Origin: Oscillospiraceae bacterium
GTDB taxonomy: Bacteria; Bacillota; Clostridia; Oscillospirales; Oscillospiraceae
Direction: 5' to 3'
Assembly (NCBI GenBank): GCA_902765975.1
Contig: CACXBO010000147.1
Span: forward strand, 1-30,702
DNA: 30,702 nt
Part shown: positions 1 to 8,107 of the stretch, one piece after another
How the letters are laid out: the number at the start of each line of letters is the position of its first letter
Position numbering within the stretch: the first letter of the stretch is position 1
The notes under the pieces: model-generated
The model's database searches: none
Told to the model about the DNA's origin: nothing
The model's input: only the letters and a program-made list of their open reading frames with translations
Translations under genes and position numbers: made by a program

Positions 1-56
1 GCGCTGTAAAATGACCGGGTGTTAAATCATTTTGCTTTACACAGGCGGTGGATTCA

Positions 57-416
57 ATGAGCGACGGTCCCCTTGAGCTTGCGCTGCTTTTTGATTTCTT
101 CGGCGATCTTCTCACCGACACGCAGCGCGAATACTTCGACCTCTACTACAACGACGATATGTCGCTTGCGGAGGTCGCCGAGCTGAAGGGCGTCAGCCGC
201 CCCGCTGTTCTGGACGCTGTCAAAAAGGCAAAGAGCGCGATGCGCCGTCTTGAAGACAAGACGGGAGTCGTTAAAAGATTTACCGAAATGCGTTTGGGAC
301 TTATGGAGCTTCAGAGAAAGGTCTCCGAGCTTGCGGCAGCCCTGCCGGAGGGCGCTGAAATGCGCCTCGCTCAGGAGATAGCGAACGATATTGAGGAGCT
401 GAAAAATGGCATTTGA
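57..416 (+). CDS. ylxM: YlxM-family DNA-binding protein (SRP-associated, sigma region-4-like HTH)
   Basis: LFDFFGDLLTDTQREYFDLYYNDDMSLAEVAE...VSRPAV matches the YlxM pattern LYDFYGxLLTxKQ...YYxxDxSLxEIA; directly upstream of and overlapping ffh. ATG at 57 chosen over GTG at 48 because GGCGGTGG lies just upstream. Confidence 0.9.
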   Translation: MSDGPLELALLFDFFGDLLTDTQREYFDLYYNDDMSLAEVAELKGVSRPAVLDAVKKAKSAMRRLEDKTGVVKRFTEMRLGLMELQRKVSELAAALPEGAEMRLAQEIANDIEELKNGI

Positions 417-1755
417 ATCTCTATCCGACAGGCTGGGCAACGCCTTTAAAAAGCTTAAGGGCAAGGGTCGGCTCAGCGAAAGCGATATAAAAGAGGCTAT
501 GCGCGAGGTAAGGCTCGCTCTTCTTGAAGCGGACGTCAGCTATAAGGTCGTCAAGGACTTTGTAAAGACGGTCTCCGAGAGGGCGGTCGGTCAGGACGTG
601 CTCGAAAGCCTGACTCCCGCACAGATGGTCATCAAGATCGTAAACGAGGAGCTTATAAAGCTCATGGGCGGTCAGACTGCGAAGCTCAATATGTCGAGCC
701 GCGGGCTTACCGTGGTAATGCTCGTCGGTCTCCAGGGCGCGGGGAAAACGACGAACGGCGCAAAGCTCGCAGCTCTTCTTAAAAAGCAGAACTCGAAGCG
801 TCCCCTTCTTGTCGCCTGCGATATCTACCGTCCGGCCGCGATAAAGCAGCTTGAGACGGTCGGCGGTCAGCTTGGAATACCCGTTTTCCAGATGGGTACT
901 GAGGATCCCGTCAGGATAGCGAAGGAAGCTATCTCCCACGCTAAGAAGCACGGCAACGACCTGGTTCTTCTCGACACTGCAGGAAGGCTCCACATCGACG
1001 AAAGCCTCATGGACGAGCTCAAGCGTATTAAAGCCGAGGTCAATCCGGACGAGATTCTGCTCGTTGTCGACGCGATGACCGGGCAGGACGCCGTCAACGC
1101 CGCCGCAGCCTTCGACGAGGCTCTCGGAATCACGGGCGTTATGCTCACAAAGCTCGACGGCGACGCGAGAGGCGGCGCCGCGCTCTCGGTCAGAGCCGTC
1201 ACCGGAAAGCCGATAAAATTCTCCGGAACGGGCGAAAAGCTCGATCAGATCGAGCCCTTCCATCCCGACAGAATGGCAAGCCGTATCCTGGGCATGCGCG
1301 ATATGCTCACGCTGATAGAGAAGGCGGAGCAGGCGTTCGACGAAAAAAAGGCGAAGGAGCTTCAGGAAAAGCTCAAGAAAAACGCCTTCACCCTCTCCGA
1401 TTACTACGATCAGCTCGTTCAGCTTCGCGGGATGGGCAGTATGCAGGATATAGCCGGAATGCTGCCCGGTCAGGCCGGAAAGGCTCTCGCCGGGGCTAAG
1501 CTCGACGAAAGGGCTATGGCGCGCACTGAAGCGATGATACTCTCAATGACGCCTCAGGAGCGTGAAAATCCCTCGATTATTAATCACAGCCGCAAAAAAC
1601 GCATAGCTGCCGGAAGCGGAGTCACGGTTGTTGAGCTCAACAAGCTTCTCAAGCAGTATGAGATGCTCAAGCAGCTCACGCGCCAAATGCAGAAGGGCAA
1701 AATGCCCAACTTCGGCGGAGGCAAGCGCGGGCGCGGCGGTATGTTCGGATTCTGA
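406..1755 (+). CDS. ffh: Signal recognition particle protein Ffh (SRP54)
   Basis: MAFESLSDRL N-terminus, GLQGAGKTT P-loop, DTAGR, TKLDG GTPase motifs and a Met-rich M domain (SMTPQERENP); GGAG SD upstream. Confidence 0.98.
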   Translation: MAFESLSDRLGNAFKKLKGKGRLSESDIKEAMREVRLALLEADVSYKVVKDFVKTVSERAVGQDVLESLTPAQMVIKIVNEELIKLMGGQTAKLNMSSRGLTVVMLVGLQGAGKTTNGAKLAALLKKQNSKRPLLVACDIYRPAAIKQLETVGGQLGIPVFQMGTEDPVRIAKEAISHAKKHGNDLVLLDTAGRLHIDESLMDELKRIKAEVNPDEILLVVDAMTGQDAVNAAAAFDEALGITGVMLTKLDGDARGGAALSVRAVTGKPIKFSGTGEKLDQIEPFHPDRMASRILGMRDMLTLIEKAEQAFDEKKAKELQEKLKKNAFTLSDYYDQLVQLRGMGSMQDIAGMLPGQAGKALAGAKLDERAMARTEAMILSMTPQERENPSIINHSRKKRIAAGSGVTVVELNKLLKQYEMLKQLTRQMQKGKMPNFGGGKRGRGGMFGF

Positions 1756-1812
1756 TATCGCAAGATATTTGAAATATATTATAATTATTATTTTATTTTG
1801 GAGGTTATCATT

Positions 1813-2052
1813 ATGGTTAAGATCAGACTGCGCAGAATGGGCGCCAAGAAGGCCCCTTACTACAGGATCGTCGTTGCAGACGGACGTTTTCCCCGCGACG
1901 GCCGCTTTATTGAGGAGATAGGCACTTATGATCCTATGGCAGAGCCTTCCAAGGTCACAGTAGACGCCGACCGCGCCAAGGAGTGGCTCAAGAACGGCGC
2001 TCAGCCCACCGATACTGTTAAGACCCTGCTCAAGAACGCAGGCGTTATTTGA
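1813..2052 (+). CDS. rpsP: 30S ribosomal protein S16
   Basis: [41 protein letters not shown]; GGAGG SD at ~1800-1804 supports ATG 1813. Confidence 0.98.
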   Translation: MVKIRLRRMGAKKAPYYRIVVADGRFPRDGRFIEEIGTYDPMAEPSKVTVDADRAKEWLKNGAQPTDTVKTLLKNAGVI

Positions 2053-2066
2053 TCGGAGGAGCCGCC

Positions 2067-2306
2067 TTGAAAGAGCTTCTCACCTACATCGCGAAGAACC
2101 TCGTGGATTCTCCCGATGAGGTGACCGTTACCGAGCGGGAAGACGGAGACAAGACCGTTTTCGAGCTGCGCGTTGCCCCCGACGATATGGGTAAGGTGAT
2201 CGGTCGCCATGGGAAGATCGCAAAGGAGATCCGCGTTCTTATGCGCTCCGTTGCCCAGCGCCAGGATCGCAAGATCAGCGTTGACATCATGGACGAAAAT
2301 GAGTAA
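2067..2306 (+). CDS. khpA: KH-domain RNA-binding protein KhpA (YlqC)
   Basis: LRVAPDDMGKVIGRHGKIAKEIR contains the KH GxxG loop; conserved position between rpsP and rimM; TTG start with GGAGGA SD at 2055-2060. Confidence 0.93.
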   Translation: MKELLTYIAKNLVDSPDEVTVTEREDGDKTVFELRVAPDDMGKVIGRHGKIAKEIRVLMRSVAQRQDRKISVDIMDENE

Positions 2307-2310
2307 GTTT

Positions 2311-2338
2311 CAAAAAAGCGGCAGTTGCCGCTTTTTTG
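2311..2338 (+). terminator. Intrinsic terminator-like hairpin after khpA (symmetric A/T tails)
   Basis: CAAAAAAGCGGCA-GT-TGCCGCTTTTTTG is a perfect inverted repeat ending in T6. Confidence 0.8.
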
Positions 2339-2357
2339 AGTATATACGGTGATTTTT

Positions 2358-2840
2358 ATGGAAAAATATCTCGAAGCAGGCAAAATAATCAATACCCACG
2401 GAATAAAGGGCGAGGTAAAGATAGAGCCATGGGCTGACTCGCCGGATTTTCTCTTGGGCTTCAATACGTTTTATATAGACGGCTCGCCCGTCCGCGTCAT
2501 CTCTCAGCGCGTACACCAGCGCTTCGTTATCGCAAAGCTCGGCGGCACAGACGATATGAACTCCGCCGAGAGGCTTAAAAACAAGATAGTGTATATTGAC
2601 CGCGACGACGCCCCGCTATCTGAGGGCGAATATTTCATCTCCGATCTCGTCGGTTTTTCCGCCTTTGACGAGGCCGGCGCCGAGCTCGGTAAAGTTACCG
2701 AGATACTCACTCGACCGGGCGGCGACGTTCTTGTTATAGACGGAAATCGAGAGATACTCGTTCCGCTCATCCCGGAATTCGTTGTCGGCAGGGATATGGA
2801 GGCTGAGAGGCTCACTATCCGGCTCATTGAGGGAATGTGA
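2358..2840 (+). CDS. rimM: 16S rRNA processing / ribosome maturation factor RimM
   Basis: YLEAGKIINTHGIKGEVKI N-terminus and PRC-barrel C-terminus (GEYFISDLVG...EILVPLIPEFV); synteny; ATG 2358 follows a GGTGA SD. Confidence 0.95.
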   Translation: MEKYLEAGKIINTHGIKGEVKIEPWADSPDFLLGFNTFYIDGSPVRVISQRVHQRFVIAKLGGTDDMNSAERLKNKIVYIDRDDAPLSEGEYFISDLVGFSAFDEAGAELGKVTEILTRPGGDVLVIDGNREILVPLIPEFVVGRDMEAERLTIRLIEGM

Positions 2841-2841
2841 T

Positions 2842-4125
2842 ATGTACACTGTTGACGTTCTGACGCTCTTCCCCGATTCCGTCATGGCAACTCTCGGCGA
2901 AAGCATAATAAAAAGAGCCGCCAATAAGAGGCTCGTTGAAGTTAAGGCGCATCAGATAAGAGCTTTCACAGAAAACAAGCAGAATCAGGTGGACGACTAC
3001 CCCTACGGAGGCGGACGCGGCTGCGTCATGCAGGCTCAGCCTCTCGCAGACTGTCTCAAGCACGCCGAATCGCAGCGCGTCGGAAAGCTCAGAAAAATAT
3101 ACCTCTCGCCTGCAGGAAAGCCCTTCACCGAGGCGGACGCGAAAAGGCTCAGCGCAGAATACGACGGGCTCATCCTCGTCTGCGGTCATTATGAGGGAGT
3201 CGATCAGCGCTTTATCGACGCCTGTATCGACGAGGAGATAAGCCTCGGCGATTTCGTTCTGACCGGCGGAGAGATAGCCGCGATGGCCGTAGCCGACGCA
3301 GTTCTCCGCCTCGTTCCCGGCGTGCTCTCCGACTCCGAATGCTATGAAGACGAGAGCCATTGGGACGGGCTTTTAGAGTATCCGCAGTATTCCCGTCCTG
3401 AGGAGTGGGAAGGGCGATGCGTTCCCGAGGTGCTTCTCCGCGGCGACCACGCCGAGGTCGCGCGCTGGAGAAAAAAACAGCAGCTGTTGCGAACGAGAGA
3501 CAGAAGGCCCGATATGTTCTCCGCCCTCACGCTTAGCGAAGAGGAAAAAAAGCTTCTTCATGAGGCGGAACGCGACTTTTTACGGGACAGCTTGAAGAGT
3601 TCAGCTCTGTGCCGCCCTATGCGTGAGGACGATATTCCCGACGTAATAATGATTGCTGAGAGCGCGAAGGAGCTTTTGAAATCGTCCGGTATCGATCAGT
3701 GGCAGGAGGGTTATCCGAACGAGGCGAGCTTCCGCGCCGATATTGAACGGGGCGAGGCATTTGTGCTCACTGTTTCCGGCAAGGTCTCAGCCTTCTTCTC
3801 TCTCTGCTCCGGTCCTGATGCGGCATATGCCGACATTACGGACGGAAAATGGTCGGACGACCTGCCCTATCTCGCTCTGCACAGAATAGCCGTCAGCGCA
3901 GAGTACCGAGGCTGCGGACTCGCCGATCTGATAATCAGCTCGGCGGAGAATCTGGCAAAAGAGAAAGGGATTAAAAGGCTTCGCGGCGATACTCATAAGA
4001 AGAACAAGGCTATGCAGCGGCTTCTCGCAAGAAACGGCTTTCGTTATCGCGGAAACGTGCTTATCCGGGCCGGCGAGGGTCACGACCCGCGCCGTATGGC
4101 ATATGAAAAGAGGATAAAGGACTGA
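2842..4125 (+). CDS. trmD: tRNA (guanine37-N1)-methyltransferase TrmD fused to a C-terminal GNAT acetyltransferase
   Basis: Residues ~1-243: DVLTLFP, DDYPYGGG, LVCGHYEGVDQR, SLGDFVLTGGEIAA, LLEYPQYSRP. Residues ~254-427: GNAT with LHRIAVSAEYRGCGLA (acetyl-CoA motif A) and DTHKKNKAMQRLLARNGF. One continuous frame. Confidence 0.93.
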   Translation: MYTVDVLTLFPDSVMATLGESIIKRAANKRLVEVKAHQIRAFTENKQNQVDDYPYGGGRGCVMQAQPLADCLKHAESQRVGKLRKIYLSPAGKPFTEADAKRLSAEYDGLILVCGHYEGVDQRFIDACIDEEISLGDFVLTGGEIAAMAVADAVLRLVPGVLSDSECYEDESHWDGLLEYPQYSRPEEWEGRCVPEVLLRGDHAEVARWRKKQQLLRTRDRRPDMFSALTLSEEEKKLLHEAERDFLRDSLKSSALCRPMREDDIPDVIMIAESAKELLKSSGIDQWQEGYPNEASFRADIERGEAFVLTVSGKVSAFFSLCSGPDAAYADITDGKWSDDLPYLALHRIAVSAEYRGCGLADLIISSAENLAKEKGIKRLRGDTHKKNKAMQRLLARNGFRYRGNVLIRAGEGHDPRRMAYEKRIKD

Positions 4126-4159
4126 AAATCGCCCGGCGGATGATCCGCCGGGCGAAAAA
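4125..4159 (-). terminator. Hairpin between the convergent trmD and antiporter genes
   Basis: Perfect 12-bp stem TCGCCCGGCGGA-TGA-TCCGCCGGGCGA (4129-4155); a short T-tract follows only on the minus strand. Confidence 0.8.
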
Positions 4160-4161
4160 TA

Positions 4162-5451
4162 TTATTTGAGGCTGACGGGTTTTTTGGGAACATTCGTCTT
4201 TCTGGCGTTCGTGCGTCCCTCGGGCTTTATCTCGCCGGCAGCGAGCAGGCTCCGCTTTGTAAGCGTCGGACCAACAAGCTCGTAGATCAGCACGGAGAAC
4301 AGAACGACGTTTCTTACCACGGCCCCGTCCGAGAGATTCGCCGCGGTTATAGCCATTCCGAGGGCAACTCCAGCCTGAGGCAGAAGCGTTATGCCCAGAT
4401 GCTTTTTTATGCTATCGCTCGTCTGCGTCATGGCGCAGCTCAGATATGCTCCGGATATCTTGCCGAAGGAACGAAATATTATGTAAATCACTCCGATAAG
4501 CAGGACGAGAGGATTTGATAGGACTCTCAGATCAAGCTCTGCACCGGACAGGACGAAGAAGAGGATATTGAGCGGGGCCGTCCACCTCTCCACTCTCTCC
4601 ATAAGCTCCTGACTCGTGGAGCAGATATTGCAGAACACCGTGCCGGTCATCATGGCAACGAGCAGCAGAGAAAAGCCAAAATGTATGCCGCCTATCTCAA
4701 ACTCTATCATACTTATACCGACAACAAGAAAAACCGCCGCAATGGATATCGACATACGCTTGCTTCTGGAGTGGAAGAACTTCTCGATAAAGTTGAGAGC
4801 TATGCCCGCGAGAGCGCCCGCGCCGAGGGATAGTATGATCTCTATTATCGGCTCGACGACTACTCCGACGACGCTGATCGCTCCGACCTCTATGGAGCGT
4901 GAGATGCCGTAGGACAGGGAGAAGAGCATAAGTCCGACTGCGTCGTCTATCGCAACGACCATAAGCAGAAGCTTTGTGAGCGGTCCCTCCGCCTTGTACT
5001 GACGCACGACCATGAGCGTCGCTGCAGGTGCAGTCGCGGCGGCGATGGCTCCGAGGGTTATGGCAGAGGAAAGGCTTATAACGTGAGGCGCTATAAAATG
5101 AAGGGCGATCAGCGCTGCGTCTACCAGAACGGTGGTGATAACAGCCTGGAGTATTCCGACGGTAATCGCCTGCTTTCCCATATTCTTAAGCTCGGAGACG
5201 CGGAACTCGTTGCCTATCGTAAATGCGATAAAGCCGAGCGCCGCCTGAGAAATCACCTTATAGCTTCCGACGCTCTCAAGAGAGTGGAAGCCGAGATACG
5301 GGATCTTCAGCAGCCCGAGCACAAAGGGTCCGATAAGAAGTCCCGCGATAAGATATGCCGTTACTGCCGGGAGATTTGCAAGCTTGGCTAAACGGCTCAT
5401 AAGGAGCCCGGCGATCATTGCCGTTGCTATTAGAATCAGCGTTTCCTGCAT
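4162..5451 (-). CDS. Cation:proton antiporter (Na_H_Exchanger / CPA superfamily)
   Basis: Highly hydrophobic, ~12-13 predicted TM segments; AAATAPAAT and VVAIDDAVG core motifs, FFVLSGAELD and LLPQAGVALG; AGAGG SD upstream. Confidence 0.85.
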   Translation of the reverse strand: MQETLILIATAMIAGLLMSRLAKLANLPAVTAYLIAGLLIGPFVLGLLKIPYLGFHSLESVGSYKVISQAALGFIAFTIGNEFRVSELKNMGKQAITVGILQAVITTVLVDAALIALHFIAPHVISLSSAITLGAIAAATAPAATLMVVRQYKAEGPLTKLLLMVVAIDDAVGLMLFSLSYGISRSIEVGAISVVGVVVEPIIEIILSLGAGALAGIALNFIEKFFHSRSKRMSISIAAVFLVVGISMIEFEIGGIHFGFSLLLVAMMTGTVFCNICSTSQELMERVERWTAPLNILFFVLSGAELDLRVLSNPLVLLIGVIYIIFRSFGKISGAYLSCAMTQTSDSIKKHLGITLLPQAGVALGMAITAANLSDGAVVRNVVLFSVLIYELVGPTLTKRSLLAAGEIKPEGRTNARKTNVPKKPVSLK

Positions 5452-5487
5452 TATATATCAACCTCTTTTTCTTTTATCCAAGTCGAT

Positions 5488-5515
5488 ATGATACCATAAA
5501 AGGCGCAAGTATCAA
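5488..5515 (-). promoter_or_regulatory. Putative sigma-A promoter of the antiporter
   Basis: Minus strand TTGATA-16 nt-TATCAT with a TG extension. Confidence 0.45.
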
Positions 5516-5530
5516 GCGGCAAAAGGGACG

Positions 5531-5556
5531 AAAAAACGCCGTTTTTCGGCGGCGTT
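5531..5556 (-). terminator. Intrinsic terminator of the cad operon
   Basis: 7-bp stem AACGCCG/CGGCGTT followed by a T-tract on the minus strand, just past the cadA stop. Confidence 0.7.
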
Positions 5557-5567
5557 GTAGTTCACTT

Positions 5568-7406
5568 TTATTTTGTTTTCAAAGTGCGCATCGCGTTAAG
5601 CACGCAGATGACGAGAACTCCCACGTCGGCAAATACGGCCGCCCACATCGTCGCCCTGCCCAAAAGTCCGAGGATGAGGACGACAGCCTTGACCGCAAGG
5701 GCAAATATTATGTTTTCGCGCACTATCCTGTTAGTTCGGCGGGAAATGTCAATAGCCTTCGTGAGCTTGTTGAGATCGTCGTCCATCAGCACTATATCGG
5801 CGGCCTCGATAGCCGCGTCTGAGCCGAGCGCTCCCATTGCGATACCGAGATCGGCCCGGGCAAGTACAGGCGCGTCGTTTATCCCGTCGCCGGCAAACAC
5901 TACCTTGCCGTTCGGCGACTTGTTCTTCAGCTCCTCTTCAACGTGCTTCACCTTGTCCGCAGGCAGAAGCTCTGAGTGGACGGCGTCGAGGCCTAACTCT
6001 CCCGCGACGCTCTCTCCCACCTCCGCCCGGTCTCCGGTCAGCATGACCGTGCGTATGCTTCTTTTTTTCAGCTCGGATATCACTGAAGCGGACTCCGGCT
6101 TAATCTCGTCGGAGATAACGATATGGCCGAGATAATCGCCGTTTTCCGCGACGTGTACCACCGTTCCCGCAGCCTTGACACTGCCGCAGTCTATCCCCGC
6201 CTCCTTCATCATAAGCGCGTTTCCCGCTCTGATCACTGCACCGTCCACGACGGCTGAAACGCCTCTGCCCGTATGCTCTTCGACGTTTTCGACTCTCGAC
6301 CTGTCGGCAGCCTTGCCGAACGCTCTCCTTATGCTCTCCGCTATCGGGTGCGTGCTGTCGCACTCCGCGTGAGCTGCGCGGTCGATGAGACGTTCACCGT
6401 CCGCTCCCGCAGAGGCTATCCTCGTTACAGCGAAGCTTCCCTTCGTAAGCGTTCCGGTTTTATCGAACAGAACGGTCTCCGTCTTGCCGAGATCCTCAAG
6501 ATAATTAGAGCCCTTTACAAGTATGCCCTGGCGGCTTGCTCCGCCTATGCCCCCGAAAAAGCTCAGCGGCACGCTCAGTACGAGGGCGCAGGGGCAGCTT
6601 ATAACGAGGAAGGTCAAGGCCTGATGTATCCATTTATACCACTGCCCGTCGAAAAGCGGCGGAACGAGCGCAAGAAGAAGGGCGGCACCTACTACTGCTG
6701 GAGTGTACCACCTTGCAAAGCGGGTTATAAAGCTCTCGCTTTTCGCCTTGTTGGACGCAGAGTTCTCAACGAGGTCGAGTATTTTGGAGACTGTGGAATC
6801 TCCGAACTCCTTCGTCGTGCGGACGCGCAGAGTCGCAGTCATATTGACAGACCCGGAAACTACGGCTTCACCCGGACGTATTCCGCGCGGCAGGCTTTCG
6901 CCCGTAAGCGCGGCTGTGTCAAGCGAGCTCTCGCCCTCTATTACCTCTCCGTCTATAGGCACGCGCTCACCGGGTCTTATAACGATAACGCTTCCCACCG
7001 CCACCTCCTCGGGATCGGTCTCCTCTATTCCGTTCTCCGTTTCAAGGTTTGCAGTGTCCGGCCTGATATCCATCAGCGCGGCTATGCTCCTGCGGCTCTT
7101 GCCGACAGCAAGGTGCTCGAAAAGCTCTCCGACCTGGAAGAAGAGCATTACGAATACCGCCTCCGGATACTCGCCTATCGCAAAAGCTCCAACTGTGGCA
7201 AGCGCCATCAGAAAGCTCTCGTCAAATACCTGCCCCCTTGCGATACCGCGACATGCCTTGAGCAGCACGTCATAGCCGACTATCAGATACGGCAGAAGAT
7301 AGAGGCTGAGCCTTATCCACCCCTCAGCCCGGATAAAATGCAGTATCACAAGCAGGACTGCGGAAACTGTTATCCTGATAAGCGACAGCTTTTCTACTTT
7401 TTTCAT
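5568..7406 (-). CDS. cadA: Heavy-metal translocating P1B-type ATPase (Zn/Cd/Pb, CadA/ZntA-like) lacking an N-terminal metal-binding domain
   Basis: TGES, SCPC, DKTGTLT, xHP (STHPIA), GDGINDAP and ADVGV motifs. Confidence 0.93.
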   Translation of the reverse strand: MKKVEKLSLIRITVSAVLLVILHFIRAEGWIRLSLYLLPYLIVGYDVLLKACRGIARGQVFDESFLMALATVGAFAIGEYPEAVFVMLFFQVGELFEHLAVGKSRRSIAALMDIRPDTANLETENGIEETDPEEVAVGSVIVIRPGERVPIDGEVIEGESSLDTAALTGESLPRGIRPGEAVVSGSVNMTATLRVRTTKEFGDSTVSKILDLVENSASNKAKSESFITRFARWYTPAVVGAALLLALVPPLFDGQWYKWIHQALTFLVISCPCALVLSVPLSFFGGIGGASRQGILVKGSNYLEDLGKTETVLFDKTGTLTKGSFAVTRIASAGADGERLIDRAAHAECDSTHPIAESIRRAFGKAADRSRVENVEEHTGRGVSAVVDGAVIRAGNALMMKEAGIDCGSVKAAGTVVHVAENGDYLGHIVISDEIKPESASVISELKKRSIRTVMLTGDRAEVGESVAGELGLDAVHSELLPADKVKHVEEELKNKSPNGKVVFAGDGINDAPVLARADLGIAMGALGSDAAIEAADIVLMDDDLNKLTKAIDISRRTNRIVRENIIFALAVKAVVLILGLLGRATMWAAVFADVGVLVICVLNAMRTLKTK

Positions 7407-7621
7407 TTTGCTTCTATCTCAAAATCCGAGTCGGCTTTTTTACCCACTCGCTCTATCTCGCGCACTATCGCGCTCTGATCCTCGCAGTCCGTCTCGAGGG
7501 TGAGCTTCTGAGTCATAAAGCTTATAGTGCATTTTTTTACTCCGTCAAGCTTATTGACCGCGTTTTCGACCTTAGCGGCACAGTTCGCGCAGTCGATCTC
7601 TATCTTATAGGTTTTTCTCAT
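7403..7621 (-). CDS. Stand-alone HMA-domain metal-binding protein
   Basis: 72 aa with DCANCA (CxxC) in a ferredoxin-like HMA pattern; 4-nt overlap with the cadA start. Confidence 0.88.
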   Translation of the reverse strand: MRKTYKIEIDCANCAAKVENAVNKLDGVKKCTISFMTQKLTLETDCEDQSAIVREIERVGKKADSDFEIEAK

Positions 7622-7635
7622 CTGACAGTCCCCCT

Positions 7636-8001
7636 TTATATCTCCTCAAGATGTTCCTTCGCCATACCGATTATCGTTGCAACGTGGTCGTCGGCAAGCG
7701 AATAAAGCACGGTCTTTCCGACCCTTCTCGCCTTAATAAGTCTCTCGCCCTTTATTATGCGAAGTTGGTGACTGACCGCGCTCTGACTTGCGCCCAGTAC
7801 CTCTGCAATGTCGCATACGCACATCTCAGACTCAAACAGAACGTACAGTATCTTTATCCGGGTCGAGTCCCCAAAGACCTTGAAAAGCTCAGCAAGATCA
7901 AACAGCTCATCCTCATCCGGCATCTTCTCCCTCACCTTTGAAACGACGTCGTTGTGCAGGACCCGCACGTCGCAGAGCTCCGTGCCGTTTTTATCTATCA
8001 T
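7636..8001 (-). CDS. ArsR/SmtB-family metal-sensing repressor (ZiaR/CadC-like)
   Basis: LFKVFGDSTRIKIL, EMCVCDIA (alpha3 site), SQSAVSHQLR HTH and C-terminal D-x-H-x10-H-x2-E (alpha5 site); GGAGG SD supports ATG 8001. Confidence 0.93.
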   Translation of the reverse strand: MIDKNGTELCDVRVLHNDVVSKVREKMPDEDELFDLAELFKVFGDSTRIKILYVLFESEMCVCDIAEVLGASQSAVSHQLRIIKGERLIKARRVGKTVLYSLADDHVATIIGMAKEHLEEI

Positions 8002-8014
8002 TCTCTCGCCTCCA

Positions 8015-8040
8015 AACATATGAATATCTGTTCATATGTT
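8015..8040. promoter_or_regulatory. ArsR/SmtB operator
   Basis: Perfect 10-6-10 inverted repeat AACATATGAA-TATCTG-TTCATATGTT between the -10 box and the SD; the minus-strand core TGAACAGATATTCA resembles SmtB-type boxes. Confidence 0.85.
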
Positions 8041-8041
8041 C

Positions 8042-8069
8042 ATTATATCACTCATTTCCGAATTGTCAA
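8042..8069 (-). promoter_or_regulatory. Sigma-A promoter of the cad operon
   Basis: Minus strand TTGACA (8069-8064)-16 nt-TATAAT (8047-8042) with a TG extension; consensus hexamers. Confidence 0.85.
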
Positions 8070-8070
8070 C

Positions 8071-8101
8071 AAAAAAAAAGCGGAAGGTTCTGCCCTTCCG
8101 C
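8071..8101 (-). terminator. Intrinsic terminator of the LUD-domain gene
   Basis: 8-bp stem GCGGAAGG/CCTTCCGC followed by T9 on the minus strand. Confidence 0.85.
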
Positions 8102-8107
8102 AAATTA

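Noticed and set aside
19-42. Imperfect palindrome GTGTTAAA-N8-CTTTACAC upstream of ylxM
   Set aside because: Only 6/8 symmetry, at the window edge, and no known binding protein can be assigned from sequence alone.
421-1263. 280-aa antisense ORF over ffh
   Set aside because: Shadow of a conserved gene; no recognisable motifs or SD; long antisense frames are expected with this codon bias.
1757-1785. Possible internal promoter for rpsP (TATAAT at 1780-1785)
   Set aside because: Lies in an AT-rich gap with no credible -35 box.
6273-7478. 401-aa plus-strand ORF antisense to cadA
   Set aside because: Almost entirely overlaps a well-supported ATPase gene; Arg/Tyr-rich composition typical of a shadow frame.
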